Assembly (NCBI RefSeq): GCF_009914755.1
Contig: NC_060925.1
Reading direction: 5' to 3' (one strand)
DNA length: 64,000 nucleotides
From: the human T2T-CHM13v2.0 reference genome, Homo sapiens
In this document: piece after piece, positions 1 to 14,690 of the stretch
Layout of the letters: each line of letters begins with the position of its first letter
Numbering within the stretch: position 1 is the stretch's first letter
Notes under the pieces: generated by a model
Seen by the model: the letters and a program-made list of their open reading frames with translations, nothing else
Told to the model about the DNA's origin: nothing
Databases searched by the model: none
Program-made: the position numbers and the translations under genes

Positions 1-114
1 GCCTGACAAATCTGTATATTTTCTCATTCTAGAAGGTTCTTCTAAAACCAGTTCCCAGTCCTGAAGCAGATCAACTCAAATCTACTGTTTATCAGCAGTC
101 TTTCTTGGAAGATA

Positions 115-3100
115 CTATTTATAGCAGATTATGCCTCGTTCCCCCAACATTCTGTGTCATCACAACTATGATACATTCTATAATCTTCTCTGAAATATGT
201 AGCTTCCTATTTCAATTACTTTTAGAAAAGCACAAAAATGTACTGATTAAGTGCAAAAAGATACAAAAATCCAAACACTGTTTTTTATACATTTTCTGCT
301 AATCTTTTTTCAATTCTTTTTAAAAATAGTTGAGACTGTTATGTTTTATATCCACATTTTAGCTTTGGTTTTTCCTATAAAATTGCAAAAAAAAAAATCA
401 CGACTTTCAGATATTGCATTTTTACTGTTACTATGAAGGTGAAACATACAGAAATAAATAAAAATAAGTTTATTTTAACCAGGTGGTTATTTCCTGGCAA
501 CTGAGGAAAATCCACATATGAGAAGATTAATCAGGCCATTGGCACAGTTTCTTAAAAACTGTTGAGGTTTCAGGTGAAGATTAATTTTGAGAAATAAGAC
601 AAATGGTTCTAAAAAATAAAATAGATTTAATATTTATAAAAGAAATTACAATATCCACTATTGTTTATTTTCACCAGAGTTTCTCAAATTATAACAGTCT
701 AAAAGTCCTGATGAATTATAACATCAGCTATGGTCTTAGGTTGCTAAGCACCATCACTTTACACCTTAGGGTGGAGAAATTGGAAATCCCAATTCACAAT
801 ACAGAGGTGTAAAAATCTAATTACACAGAATAATGCCCAAGGACTCTCTTTTTCTTCTGGTAAATGCCTTAGAGAACGGGGATAAATTGGATTCTCCATA
901 ATTGAACTGAAGGGAGTGTATGTGTGTTTTTAAAGCACATTTATTATTGGTGCCTGAGAGTCAGGTTTTTGAACAGTCTCTCCTAGGAAAAGGCAAAATG
1001 ATTCACGGATAGCCTTGATTCTGCAGCCTACCCTGTAGAAATCCCACCTTGAGTTAAAAATAAGAGACATAAAAACCAACTTAAGTTCTCTGTGATTTAC
1101 TTTGGATATTCATCCACAAAGAGAAACAAACAAACACTTATTCTCCCAAGAGCTTATATGAAATATATCAAAGCCAAGCCAGGACCCTCGTAGGGCTCAG
1201 CCAGCAACTGGATGGAAAGAAGGCATGCTTAAGAACAAACAATAAAGCATCGTTTCCTGCTTTCCAACACTTACCCTCATAGAGGTCCCAAATTCTGTGA
1301 GCAAAACCTGCAGCGAAGTGTGAGAGACCCTAAGTTCTTCCCAAGTCCTGTTCTAAAAGCAAGCCCAGTATCTCTAATATGGCCACAAAGCTTAGCCCAT
1401 CAAAGGCATTCAATGAATCCTCATGTACTTACAGATGCTACATAAAAGAGTATATATCAGCTCCAATGGGTAAGCAGAGGCAAAAATATTGTTTTCTGCA
1501 AATGACCACTGAAATAAATTAAGGTCCCATTGGCACTGTGCATTTTCTGGAACAATACCTTCAAAGGTTAATATAAGTAAGAGAAATGGGAGAAGATGGA
1601 CAGAGAGGAAAAAACACACTACCATTTCATGTTACTATTCCCACTACCTTATTCCATAGAGAAACTAAAATCCCGCTGTGGTCAACTTTTCCAGAGGACA
1701 CCTTTCTAGAACTCTAAGACCTTAAGTTTGGTTTCCTCTTTTTTAGGAGAGGAAACCAATAGTATTGTTAGAAAAAATATATATGCCCATACATTTATGC
1801 ACACATCTTGTTTCAGCTATAAATAGATGAAAGCTGACTTTAAATTTCCTTCCATTCCACTTGGAAGAAGTGCTTGGAAATTTTCAAGATTATTTTGTCA
1901 TTACCTCACAGCACGCCTCCAATTTTCTCATGATACATCTGATGAGAATAAATCTTGTTTATTTTGCCACTTTTCTAAGCTGTCTAATGCCCCCCAAGGA
2001 AGCTACAGATTGGCTGTCTTTTTCTTTACAAAAATGAGAGGGAAGAGTGTGAAAAAGAAAATTAATCTGATATAGCTGCTTTTTCAGAGAGCATCACAGG
2101 AACTATGAATCCATGAAGAATAACAATGTTTTTGCCCATTAGACAACCTTTCTTGGTTTTAAGGAAAACATCTAACTGAAATTCAGAAACTGAAATAATG
2201 AGATTCCCTTTGCTCTTTTTGTGACTAATCACAGTCATTAAATTTTTTCTGCACTCATTTTATCAGGGGCTCTCAGATTATTCCAAAATCCTGAAAATAT
2301 TCTTTGCTTAAAGATTGCAACCATGCAAATGAACACAACATGCACATTAAAAGAAATCAGGCCAGACTTAAAATAAGCCAGGCCACAAGCCCAGGAATTT
2401 CAGTGATTTCCCTTCCAACACATCAGGTTCTATGGTGTCTCCTCTAGGTTTCTCTCTTATTTTCCTATGTTTTTTTCTTTTTCTTATTTCATTTTTCTTC
2501 TCTCCACACAGACATACATTTGTTTGAAATGCTTGCTTTATATTTTACATTTTTTCTTTCTCAAGAATCTATGCCATTAATGTAAAAAAACGCATTTCTA
2601 GATAACTGTGTTTGGGGCCCAGATATGCTTGCATTCTGTTAGTCTGGGGATATGTGTAACAGTAAGGAATGAACTTGGCTAGAAAATGGAAGGTAGTATT
2701 GCTAGGCTTGGGAGGGTCCAGGAAAAAAAGTCTATAAACCGTTCAACATTTCTGTAGCCAGCTAATATTTTCTGAAATTATTCACAAGGTTGATAGAATA
2801 CTCACTAGTGAAAATTACTTTAGCATGTTCTAACTTATCCTCACAAGATTTTGTGAAATGCCAAAATGGTTTTGACCCACTGTCCACATGATTTGGTCAA
2901 GCACTATGTCTCTGGATACAGTTTTTCTGATAATAACTCAAACATCTCCAATAATAAAATCTGACCTAGAACAGTTGAAAATATAGCTCATCACAGAGCC
3001 AAATTTTATTTATTTGGCAATCTAATGATTGCCAGTCACTGGATCAGTTAATCACTAAATTTAAACATTCCTAAGTAATGTATGTTAGTGAAAAATTACC

Positions 3101-3134
3101 CCCAAAGCTATGGTACATGATGCTCTAAAAATAG
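115..3134. promoter_or_regulatory. Cluster of perfect MEF2-type sites in unique DNA
   Basis: CTATTTATAG at 115-124, CTATAAATAG at 1817-1826, CTAAAAATAG at 3125-3134. Confidence 0.35.
1275..1307 (-). other. Candidate 33 nt exon
   Basis: Minus strand reads ...ctctcacacttcgctgcag|GTTTTG...ATGAGG|gtaagt. Confidence 0.3.
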
Positions 3135-3826
3135 AGGCCAAAAACTCCACCTGAAAATCCAATAGTATTGACTATGTAGATAGTACATTCTTTAAAATCA
3201 CTCCTTTTTCCTATGGAAATTGCTCTTCCATAAGGTGAGTTCACCTAGCACTTAATAAATGTGCTGGAATCTCATGACATCAGCTCTGCTTGGAGTCTAG
3301 GCCTCATAGGTGAAATTCACTTACTTCTAACTAGTCATTATACGCACCAAGGAGATTAAGTATGAAGTAGAACTGTAAATAACTGAGACTACATTCCACT
3401 ACATTCCACAATCCACCTAAGAAAGCAACTTGAGTTCATTTGGATGGTAGCAGGTAGCATAGACATACCAATGCCAGTCACATTCCAACATCCATATACT
3501 GATGAAAACATCAAAGATTACAGACCTCTAGAGCTGGATGGGATCACAATCGTCCTTTCCAATGCTCTCCTATTTTCAGATCAAGAAATTAATTGATCCA
3601 AGGTCACAAAACTAGTTAGTAATAGAATATTTACAAAAAAAACTTTTTTAAAGATTAGTGTCAATTTTTAAAGAGTTTTCTTCTCTGTTAGTACTACATT
3701 AATTTTTATGGAGGAATTCAAGCACTTTTTTAAATTAATAAAGGAATATAAGTACTCTTTGGTAATAAAAACTACATTGTCCAGAAGCCTTGTGAAATGA
3801 TCTTAAATTTAGGCAAAAAGATGTTT

Positions 3827-4226
3827 TGATGATTAATTTTATGTGTCAGTTTGAGCCATGGGATGCCAAGACATTATGCTGAGTGTGTTGGTGAGGGTGT
3901 TTCAGGAAGAGATTAACTTTTGAACGGGTGGACTGAGTAAAGCCGATTGGGCAATGTGGGTGGCCCTCATCCAATTAGTTGAAGGCCTGAGTAGAACAAA
4001 AAGCCTGAGTAAGACGAAATTTTCTCCTGCCTGAATCCCTTGAGTTTGGACATTGGTCTTTTCCAGGCTTTGGACATGCACTGGAGCATGGGTTCTTCCT
4101 GGGTCTCCAGCCTGCTAGCTTTCAGACTAGAACTGCATCATCAGCTTTCCTGGGCCTCCAGCTTACCAGCTGCAGACCTTGGACTTGTCAGTCTCCATAA
4201 TTGTGTGGGCCAATTCTTTATAACAA

Positions 4227-4268
<42 letters not shown>

Positions 4269-4303
4269 CCCATTAGTTATGTTTCTCTGGAGAACCCAAA
4301 TAA
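3827..4303 (+). mobile_element. MLT2 (ERVL) solo LTR, MLT2C/D-like
   Basis: Starts TGATGATTAATTTTATGTGTCAG, contains GGACTGAGTAAAG and CTCATCCAATTAGTTGAAGGCCTGA, ends TGTTTCTCTGGAGAACCC; matches MLT2 consensus motifs. Confidence 0.85.
4229..4257. repeat. (CA)n microsatellite inside MLT2
   Basis: Seen directly. Confidence 0.95.
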
Positions 4304-5049
4304 AGATGTAATCAACTAAAATACATTATTGAGTCTCAACACAATTATCAATTTATTTCACTTAATATATATTAAACTCCTGCATCAATAACAATTAAAA
4401 GCAATGCAAATATCTAGTGCTTCTATGTAATAAGTTCTAAAGTTTACCAGTAGAATCAGCATGCCAATGTGTTTCACAATACACACTGAAATACATGGAA
4501 TCTGTATTTAAAACATTTCATTAAGTGATCTAAGAAAGACAGTAAAAGCATTTGGCTCAGCTTCATCCCAGTTGGCAGAGGTTGTCAGCAAAAAGGTATA
4601 GACCCAGCAGAGCTCTGGGCACCAGGGAAACCAGCTGACCTTATATGAGTACCCCCTCCCTTAATCGCATTCAGGTGTTCCAATTAAGTTGCATCACTGT
4701 CTCAATTAAAGCTGCAGTCTTTGCTGGCTAATACCATAAGGCTCCCTGGGAAAATGCACTAATTAGGTAGATTTTCTTATCTACTGATTAAGAATCTGTT
4801 TTGCACAAAATCAAGGTTAAAAAGTACTGCTATGAACCAGTCCCATCATCTGCATGGTATTTAAAAAGTCTTTAACAAAGCTTCTCTGGACCCTGCTCTG
4901 TATCCAACTTTATATGAGCCAAGAGATGAGATACATTGAGTTATAGACTACTATAACAACAGTTTGGTGTACGTGCATGTTTTCTTTAGTTATGAAACAG
5001 TTCAGACAGAATAATAAAGTGAATAATATATATACCTACTACCCAGCTA

Positions 5050-5960
5050 AATAAAATGGTGATACTATGCCACATTTGCCTCAAAAAAATTTTAAACAAA
5101 ATACTACAGCTACATTTGCAACCCCCTCTACCCTGCCCCACAACATCACCAGGCACCACTACGCTAAAACTGGTGTTTACACCTGTCAATCATTTTAGAC
5201 TCTTACAACGTATGTATGTATCCATACATAATATTATTATCCATGTGTTCAAGCTTAATTCTACCTATCATTCTGCAGCTTGTTTTTTTCACTCACATTA
5301 TGATATATAGCTCATATATGTATGTAAATATATATACACACATGTACATGGTATATTTAATTCTAGTTTACTTATTTTAACTGTTATTTATAATTCTAAC
5401 ATATAGTACAATTTATTTCCTTGTTGATGGACCTCTCACATATTTCCTCTCTTTTTGCTCATACAATCAATGCTGATGTGAACATTGGTGCACGAATCTC
5501 CTGGTGCATATATACAAGTTTCTCTACTGCGTGTGTTAAGAATATTAGGTCAAAGGGTGAGCATCTTCACCTGCACTTCATATAGCCAAACTGCCCTCCA
5601 AAGTGGCTGCGCAATTCACATCCCACTAGCAGGGTATAAGAGTTACCTCCTCCCACATCCTCAGGAATTCTCGGTACTGTCCCACTTCCACATTTTTGCC
5701 TGTTTCAACAGGTGAAAAATGGTGCCTTCATTTGCACTTACTAGTGAGGCTGAGCAACCTTTCATATATTTACTGGCCATTGCGGTTTCTTATCCTGTGA
5801 CTCCATATCCTCTCCCCATTTGTCTTCTTACTGACATGTAGGAATTGTTTATAAATTTAGGGTGAATTATGTCAAGTCCTATGGAAAAACAATGCTGGCA
5901 TTTTTATCAGAATAACAATACATTTATGATTTTTATGAGACTGACAGCTTTTTCATAGAG
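5050..5960 (-). mobile_element. Old L1 (L1ME-like) 3' fragment
   Basis: TTGATGGAC...AATGCTG...GCCAAACTGCCCTCCAAAGTGGCTG...CCCACTAGCAG is the typical antisense L1M 3' region. Confidence 0.7.
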
Positions 5961-6096
5961 TCTCAGACTACTGCTAGCTGTATAGCATTTACGTGCAAAC
6001 TATGGAAAGGTGCCCCTTCTTCAGGGCAGATGCAGCCAGCCCCACATGAATGTAGAATGCAACATGGGCTGGATTTTAGCTCTGCTTGCCCATTGG

Positions 6097-6200
6097 CCCC
6101 AGGCCTACTGAATCAGAAATTCTGGAGGTACAATCCAGCAATCTGTGTTTCAGCAAGCCCTCCAAGTGATTATGATCCACACTGAAGTTTAGAACCACTG
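6097..6200 (+). mobile_element. MER5A (hAT-Charlie) fragment
   Basis: CCTACTGAATCAGAAA...AATCTGTGTTT..CAAGCCCTCC...AAGTTTAGAACCACTG. Confidence 0.8.
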
Positions 6201-6209
6201 GTTTAATCA

Positions 6210-6565
6210 GTCCCCTATCGATGGATACTTGGGCAGTTTCCTTTGTCTAGTATGCACAATATTGCAATGAATTGTTTTATATATGCCTTGCATATCATGC
6301 AGGTATATATATATATATATTATATATATATGCCTTTCATACCATGCAGGTATATATATATATAGGAAAAATTTGTAGACATGAAAATGCTAAGTCAAAG
6401 AGGAAATGCATTTGTAATTTTTATAAAAATGGACACATTGACCTCCATAGGAATTATACCGTTTGCACTGCCACCATTATCATAGGAGATCATCATTTAC
6501 ACACAGGCTCACCAGCATGTTCTCAAACTTTTGTGTCTTTGCCAATGAGAGATGCATCATTTATA
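6210..6565 (-). mobile_element. Old L1 (L1ME-like) fragment with (TA)n-containing tandem duplication
   Basis: GATGGATACTTGGGCAGTTTCC...AATATTGCAATGAA; two copies of TATATATGCCTT..CAT.CATGCAGGTATATATA. Confidence 0.6.
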
Positions 6566-7739
6566 TAGGTGTAGAAAGTTAGTAAGAGCCCAAGACATAT
6601 CAGCTCACGTACCTGAGCTCATGCACTCCATTGAAACTATTATGGGTTAACAGAATGGGAAGAATTATTCCCAGCATACAGTTGGAATGTTTATTGTATA
6701 GTCTCATAAAAGACAAGTTGTAAATGGCAGTTACATATAATTGATATTGTACTTATAGTTCTGTATTATAATTCAGGTGTATTATTTCTTTTATGTACAT
6801 TGCAGATTTTTATAGGTGAAAACCAAACCAACATTCAATAATATTTGTTATGCAAGATAAAAGTACTCCAGAATCCAAACCACTGATTTAAATTTGAAAC
6901 ACTGTGAGTACCTGAAGGACTGCCTAGACATAAGAGCAACTGTTATTTCCACACTGCGAAAAGGAAACATTTTAAAAGTAGATGCTCTCTTGAACCAGGT
7001 GAACTTCCTGTTGATTGGATGTAGGTAAGAAGTGGATTGCAGCCATGGATGCAAATCTGGCTTATTGTGCAGTCAGATTAATGGCTGTCATCTGTCTGCA
7101 TTCCCCCAAATATGGTACCATTAATGGTTTATACTAAGCCATTCTCAGAGGCCCATTCTGTTTCAGTCCTACTACCCAAAAAGGAAGACATAGACATCTA
7201 GGCTTTCAGAAATATCTGAGGAGAGCTTGTTCAATCTCAGCACAGAGCAAACTTTCAATCCTTTCCCTCAAGCTGACTCAGTCTCCACTGAACAAAGCTG
7301 GACTTACAGTGGCACAAGATTCTACTTCAGAAAGGTGCAGGTCTAAATCCTCATTAAGTTGGTTCCACTACGTATTAATTATATGACTTTGGGCAAGTCA
7401 CTTTTTCTCTAGAAAACATTTTGCAGATGTGGAAGCCATCTGCTCATCTGCTTTCCTTGAGGGAATATAACGGGATTCCTTCAGAGTACATGAAGCTCTC
7501 CAAATAAAAGATAAACATTCCAAGAAAGGTTATTACTCGCAGAAGCAAAAACATCACATGCTAACAAATGTGGTGTCTACTAGAAGTGTTGTCTAATAGA
7601 AATTTTGGGGATGACAGAGAGGTTCTGTATCTGTTCTGTGCGGTACAACAGTCACTGGTAACATGGGGCTACTGAACACTTGAAATGTGGCTAGTGTGAC
7701 TGAAAAACTTAATACCTGTTTTTCTTTTCTCTTTAGTTT

Positions 7740-7860
7740 TTAAGATAAATTTTCTTATGTATAATTGAGGATTACAACATGATGCTATGGGATACATATG
7801 GGTAGTAACATGGTTACTGTAGTGAAGAAGATTAACATATCTCTCATCTCACATACTTTT
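7740..7860 (-). mobile_element. L1MA 3' terminal fragment
   Basis: TACAACATGATG..ATGGGATACATAT...GGTTACTGTAGTGAAG..ATTAACATATC. Confidence 0.7.
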
Positions 7861-7883
7861 ACAAAATTAATGGTTTAGTTAAC

Positions 7884-8187
7884 TTTCTTTTTTTTTTTTT
7901 TTTTGAGACAGAATCTCGCTCTGTCACCCAGGCTGGAGTACAGTGGCGTGATCTCGCAGCTCACTGCAACCTCTGCCTCCTGGGTTCAAATGATTCTCCT
8001 GCCTCAGCCTCCTGAGTAGTTGGGACTACAGGCACCCGCCACCATGCCCAGCTAATTTTTTGTACTTTTAGTAGAGACGGGTTTTCACCATGTTAGCCAG
8101 GATGGTCTTGATCTCCTGATCTCGTGATCCGCCTGCCTTGGCCTCCCCAAGTGCTGGGATTACAGGCGTGAGCCACTGTGCCCAGCC
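7884..8187 (-). mobile_element. AluS (Sc-like)
   Basis: Full dimer with poly-T; TSD-like TTAACTTTC at 7879-7887 and 8190-8198. Confidence 0.95.
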
Positions 8188-8334
8188 CATTAACTTTCAT
8201 TTTAATAGCCACGTGTGGCTAATGGTTACCATATTGAGCAGTATGTCTCTAGAAAACCTTTCATGTCTTCATCTTAAAATAGGGATAAAAATCACCAATC
8301 TCAGTGTTTCCTTTGTCTTACTGGTCATAAGATT

Positions 8335-8473
8335 CTCCTGAGTTGCCTGATAAAAAGTAGAAAATTCCATTCCCTACCTCAGACCTACTCAATCAGAATC
8401 TATATGAGGGAAGTCAGAGAAACTGTGTTTTCAATATCTTCCTCCAGGAGATTCTTACGATGAGGCCAGTTTG
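8335..8473 (+). mobile_element. MER5B-like hAT MITE
   Basis: AGACCTACTCAATCAGAATCT...CCAGGAGATTCTTACGATGAGGCCAGTTTG. Confidence 0.7.
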
Positions 8474-9999
8474 TTATATTCAATAGCATTGTAATGAAGA
8501 ATAAATCTGACATTTGTAAGCATTAGCAAGATGCCTGGATCTGTACAATCGCAGAGGGAGAAGGCTCTTGTTCTGGAGAAGTTAGTTGCACCAACATACG
8601 TGCTCACTGGTATCAAAGTACCAACTTCAAAGCCCTCTAAAGAATAGTAAGATGGTTTAGTACTTCTGGGGTGATGGGGGAGATTGTATTCCAGAATGCT
8701 GAGGGCACTTGATCAGTTTTCCTTTGTTTTGTTGTGATGGAGAGGAATAGAATAATATATAAGGTATGGCTCTGATGATGGGTAGCTTGAAGGATGGATG
8801 GCCTCGGCTGTATTTGATGTGGTAAGCGATTTTTGAAATCTAGTGAAGGAACTTAGAATGGAGGTAAGAGAGAACAACTAATGTGTAACTACACATAAAT
8901 GTAATTTGAATAACAGATATAAAAGGGAAAGAGAAAGAGACAGAGACAGAGAGACATAGGTTGAAAGAAACCTGCATAGCAAAGGCTTCCTTAATGTCAG
9001 GTTGTTGACTTTAGGAAATAGAGAAAATAATGACCTCAGTAGGATTAAAGAATGGCTTGTTGGCAAAAGGCCTGGATTCTAGTCCATTCCTGAATATGCT
9101 GTTGTTTCAAGGAGCATATTATATAACTGCCACAGAGAATTCTGAAATTTCAATATAGTTTCAGAAGTCCACGAACATTCCCATTTTGCAGATGTGGAAG
9201 CCATCTGCTCATCTACTCTCCTTTATGGAATACAATGGGATTCTTCCAGATCACTTGAAGTTCTCCAAATAAAAGATACAAGCATTATAAGAAAGAATAT
9301 TACTTGCAGAAGCAGAAACATAATATGCAAATAAATGTGTCTATTATTATTTCTGTGAGCTCTTCACATCATTGAAGCTGATCTGCATAGTATAAATAGA
9401 TACCATTGCTTTGTAACAGAGATATCGATGTAGGGGAACGAAAAAATGGTAATGAGGGGAAAAAGAAAGTTGTAATAGGTAAATACATTATTTACATGTA
9501 ATGCTAAAAGAAACTTAGGTTGGAAACTTAACTTCAGCTTACATTTTAAATTTTCACTTTATTTAATTGTAACAGGTACATGACAATGATAGGCTAACTG
9601 TAAATATTTAATTTTTATTTTACTACCACAGTAGATGGGGAATAAATTAGCTATGAGCAAAAAAAATCCAATTCATTAACTTCCCTTTATTCCCCTTGAA
9701 TAATTATGTGTGTGTGTGTCTCCAAATAAACCATATACAACTTGGCCAAAGTTTTAAAATGAGGGGTTTTTTTTAAGTAAAATATTCAATTTCCAGGATA
9801 AGACTGAAAAGTGTTTGTTCCATTTAATATAACAAAATAAAGATATTTTATATTTATAATAAGACAAAAATAAATATTTTTGTTATTGAAGGAATGACTT
9901 ATGAATTGATAAACTAGATATGTATGAAAATACTATGCCTGATCCATAACATTATTTCCTTTTTCTTTTCTCGTTTAAACCTGCTTATTCTACTATTCA

Positions 10000-12050
<2,051 letters not shown>

Positions 12051-13424
12051 GTGTATTTTCCCTGTCCACCCTCCCAACATCCTCCACCATTGGAATAAAG
12101 GGAATGCACATGGAAAATTAATTTGCCACACAAATGGAACATTTACACCAACATTTAAACTTGTAAAAAAAAACCTCTAAAATTCTTTAGAAAACTCCAT
12201 TCCAAAACTATTCTTTTTCTTACATACTGTGAGTTTATTATTCCTTCATTAGAGAACCAGAAAGACTACAAATAAATTTTAAGTTGTCAGAAAGACTCAT
12301 CCTAAAGTAATATGTTTAGCTATGCAGTGATTTAGTGTGAGACACATTGAAAACAAACAAACAAAAAAAGATCAGTAATTTAAGCATGTAAATATCTGGT
12401 ACAAACTGGCCTGTCCTGACCTATAGGTGAATCAAGGTGACCTGCCTGAAGCAGCCTTGGATTCCAGGGAAGGAGTTCCCAAAGGGAGCGCTGGAGTGTT
12501 TGATTCCTTTTCTCCAAATCCCATGTGAAGCTTACCATTCTGCTGGAAGCCAAGGCATCAAAACTACATGTTTACAAAGAAAGTTTTGAGGTGAATATTT
12601 AGATTAAGACCATGTTTATATGGCACAAAATACTTGGTTGGCTTAATCCGATTCAGTGCAAAGGGGAAAATAACCACGTTTAAACGGTCTTAATATCAGA
12701 AGTTATTTACTTCCTGGAAAATCAAAACACACTCAAATTTGCTTTGGAAATAATTTTAAAAAAAGAGACCATTAAGAAGAAAAGAAATGAGCTGCTTTGT
12801 CATCTGTTTTGCTGTTTCTCCTGAAGGGTTTCCGTGGTACTTTGGACTTGTCTCTATTAGGGTAATGGTAACAGGTGAGGAATAAAACGCAGCTGCATAT
12901 TAACTCCCAAGGGGGAAATTCTGTAAACATCCTAGGTAATGAGTATAATATATACGTAAATATACAATGCCTTCTATGAGTCATTGGCTCTTTAATAATC
13001 TCCAGATAACAAAAAAAAATTGTTTTTAATCACAGGCAATCAAAAGTACCTTCAAGCAGAAGAAATTTCCTTTTTTCAGGGGCTGGGGGAGGGGGAGGTG
13101 TTGGGGATGAAAAGTCTTGTTGCAATTCATTACCCAGGGATAGAAAGAAAAAACTTATAGTTGTTATAATTTTAAATAAATAAGACCTGACACCAAAGTC
13201 AGGGAAATGAATGGACAGGAAATGCAGCAAACTTTAAAGAGGAAGTGGGTTTGAGCCTCCAACTGGAGGACATTGAGGAGGAGGAAACCTACAAGACGTG
13301 TAAAAATGGAAAATCAAGGCTCTCATCTTAAGAAAGAAACTCAGAGCCCATGACTAAATTATCGGAAAGATATGAAATACAACCAATTAACGTTTATGGC
13401 TATTTGAAGCGATCATAAGACATA

Positions 13425-13810
13425 ATAATTGACACAATGGTTGTACAGATTTATGGGATACAGAGTGTGATATTTTGATATTTGCAATGTGTAATGATCA
13501 AATCAGGGTAATTACCATACTCATCACCTCAAACATTTATCATTTCTTTGTGTTGGGAACATTAAAAAATCCTCTCTTCTAGCTATTTGAAAATAAATAA
13601 CAAATTATTGTTAACTATACTCACCCTACAGTGCTATAGAACACCAGAATTTATTCTTCCTGGTTATAATTTGACATCCTTTAACCAACCTCTCCCTATT
13701 CCCTTCACCCTTCCCAGCTTCTAACCACTATTAGTAACCACTACTCTACTCTCCACTTCTATGAGATGAACTTTTTTAAGCTTCCACATGAGTAAGAACA
13801 TGCAATATTT
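13425..13810 (-). mobile_element. L1MA 3' end
   Basis: TGTGTAATGATCAAATCAGGGTAATT...CTCTTCTAGCTATTTGAAA...TTCCACATGAGTAAGAACATG. Confidence 0.85.
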
Positions 13811-14018
13811 ATTAAATATCTTAATTATTATTAAATTTGGTAGTCTATCAACTGCTTTAAAATTATAAAAGTCGAAGCAAACAATAATTTTCTCCTACCA
13901 AAAAGAAATGTATTTTCTGATCTAATTATGTATAATGAAATACAAGAAAATGGTAAACTCAGGGAAGTAAGGCATTCTATATTTTAAAATGAATGCAACC
14001 ATTAAAAATATATTTGTA

Positions 14019-14487
<469 letters not shown>

Positions 14488-14499
14488 CTAACATATAAA

Positions 14500-14690
14500 A
14501 AGACATCCTAAGGTAAGCGAAAACAACAAAAAAGTGAATACAGACTTTTATAGAGACAGCGATCACAAAAAAGTAAAAGAAACAGAACCAGCTGAGCAGA
14601 GAAGAAAGACTGGAAGAAAATATACCAAAATGATAAGTGATTATCACTGGGTAGTAGGCCCATAGATACAAATTTTTCCTTCCGTCTTTA
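14500..14690 (+). mobile_element. Old L1 (L1ME/MC) 3' end fragment
   Basis: CTGGAAGAAAATATACCAAAATGATAAGTGATTATC.CTGGGT. Confidence 0.5.

Larger units (their letters stand above)
7585..8246 (+). mobile_element. MER3 (hAT-Charlie) interrupted by an L1MA 3' end and an Alu
   Basis: GTTGTCTAATAGAA...CACTTGAAATGTGGCTAGTGTGACTGA, resuming at TAATAGCCACGTGTGGCTAATGGTTACCATATTG. Confidence 0.85.
7383..8540 (+). mobile_element. MIR split into three pieces (about 7383-7410, 8260-8310, 8486-8540)
   Basis: TGACTTTGGGCAAGTCACTT / TTCATCTTAAAATAGGGATAA / TGTAAGCATTAGCAAGATGCCTGG follow the MIR core order. Confidence 0.6.

Noticed and set aside
3388-3410. ACTACATTCC tandem duplication (similar small duplications near 13730 and 18890)
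   Set aside because: Ordinary slippage duplications
9863-9885. AT-rich palindrome ACAAAAATA-AA-TATTTTTGT
   Set aside because: Expected in low-complexity AT-rich sequence
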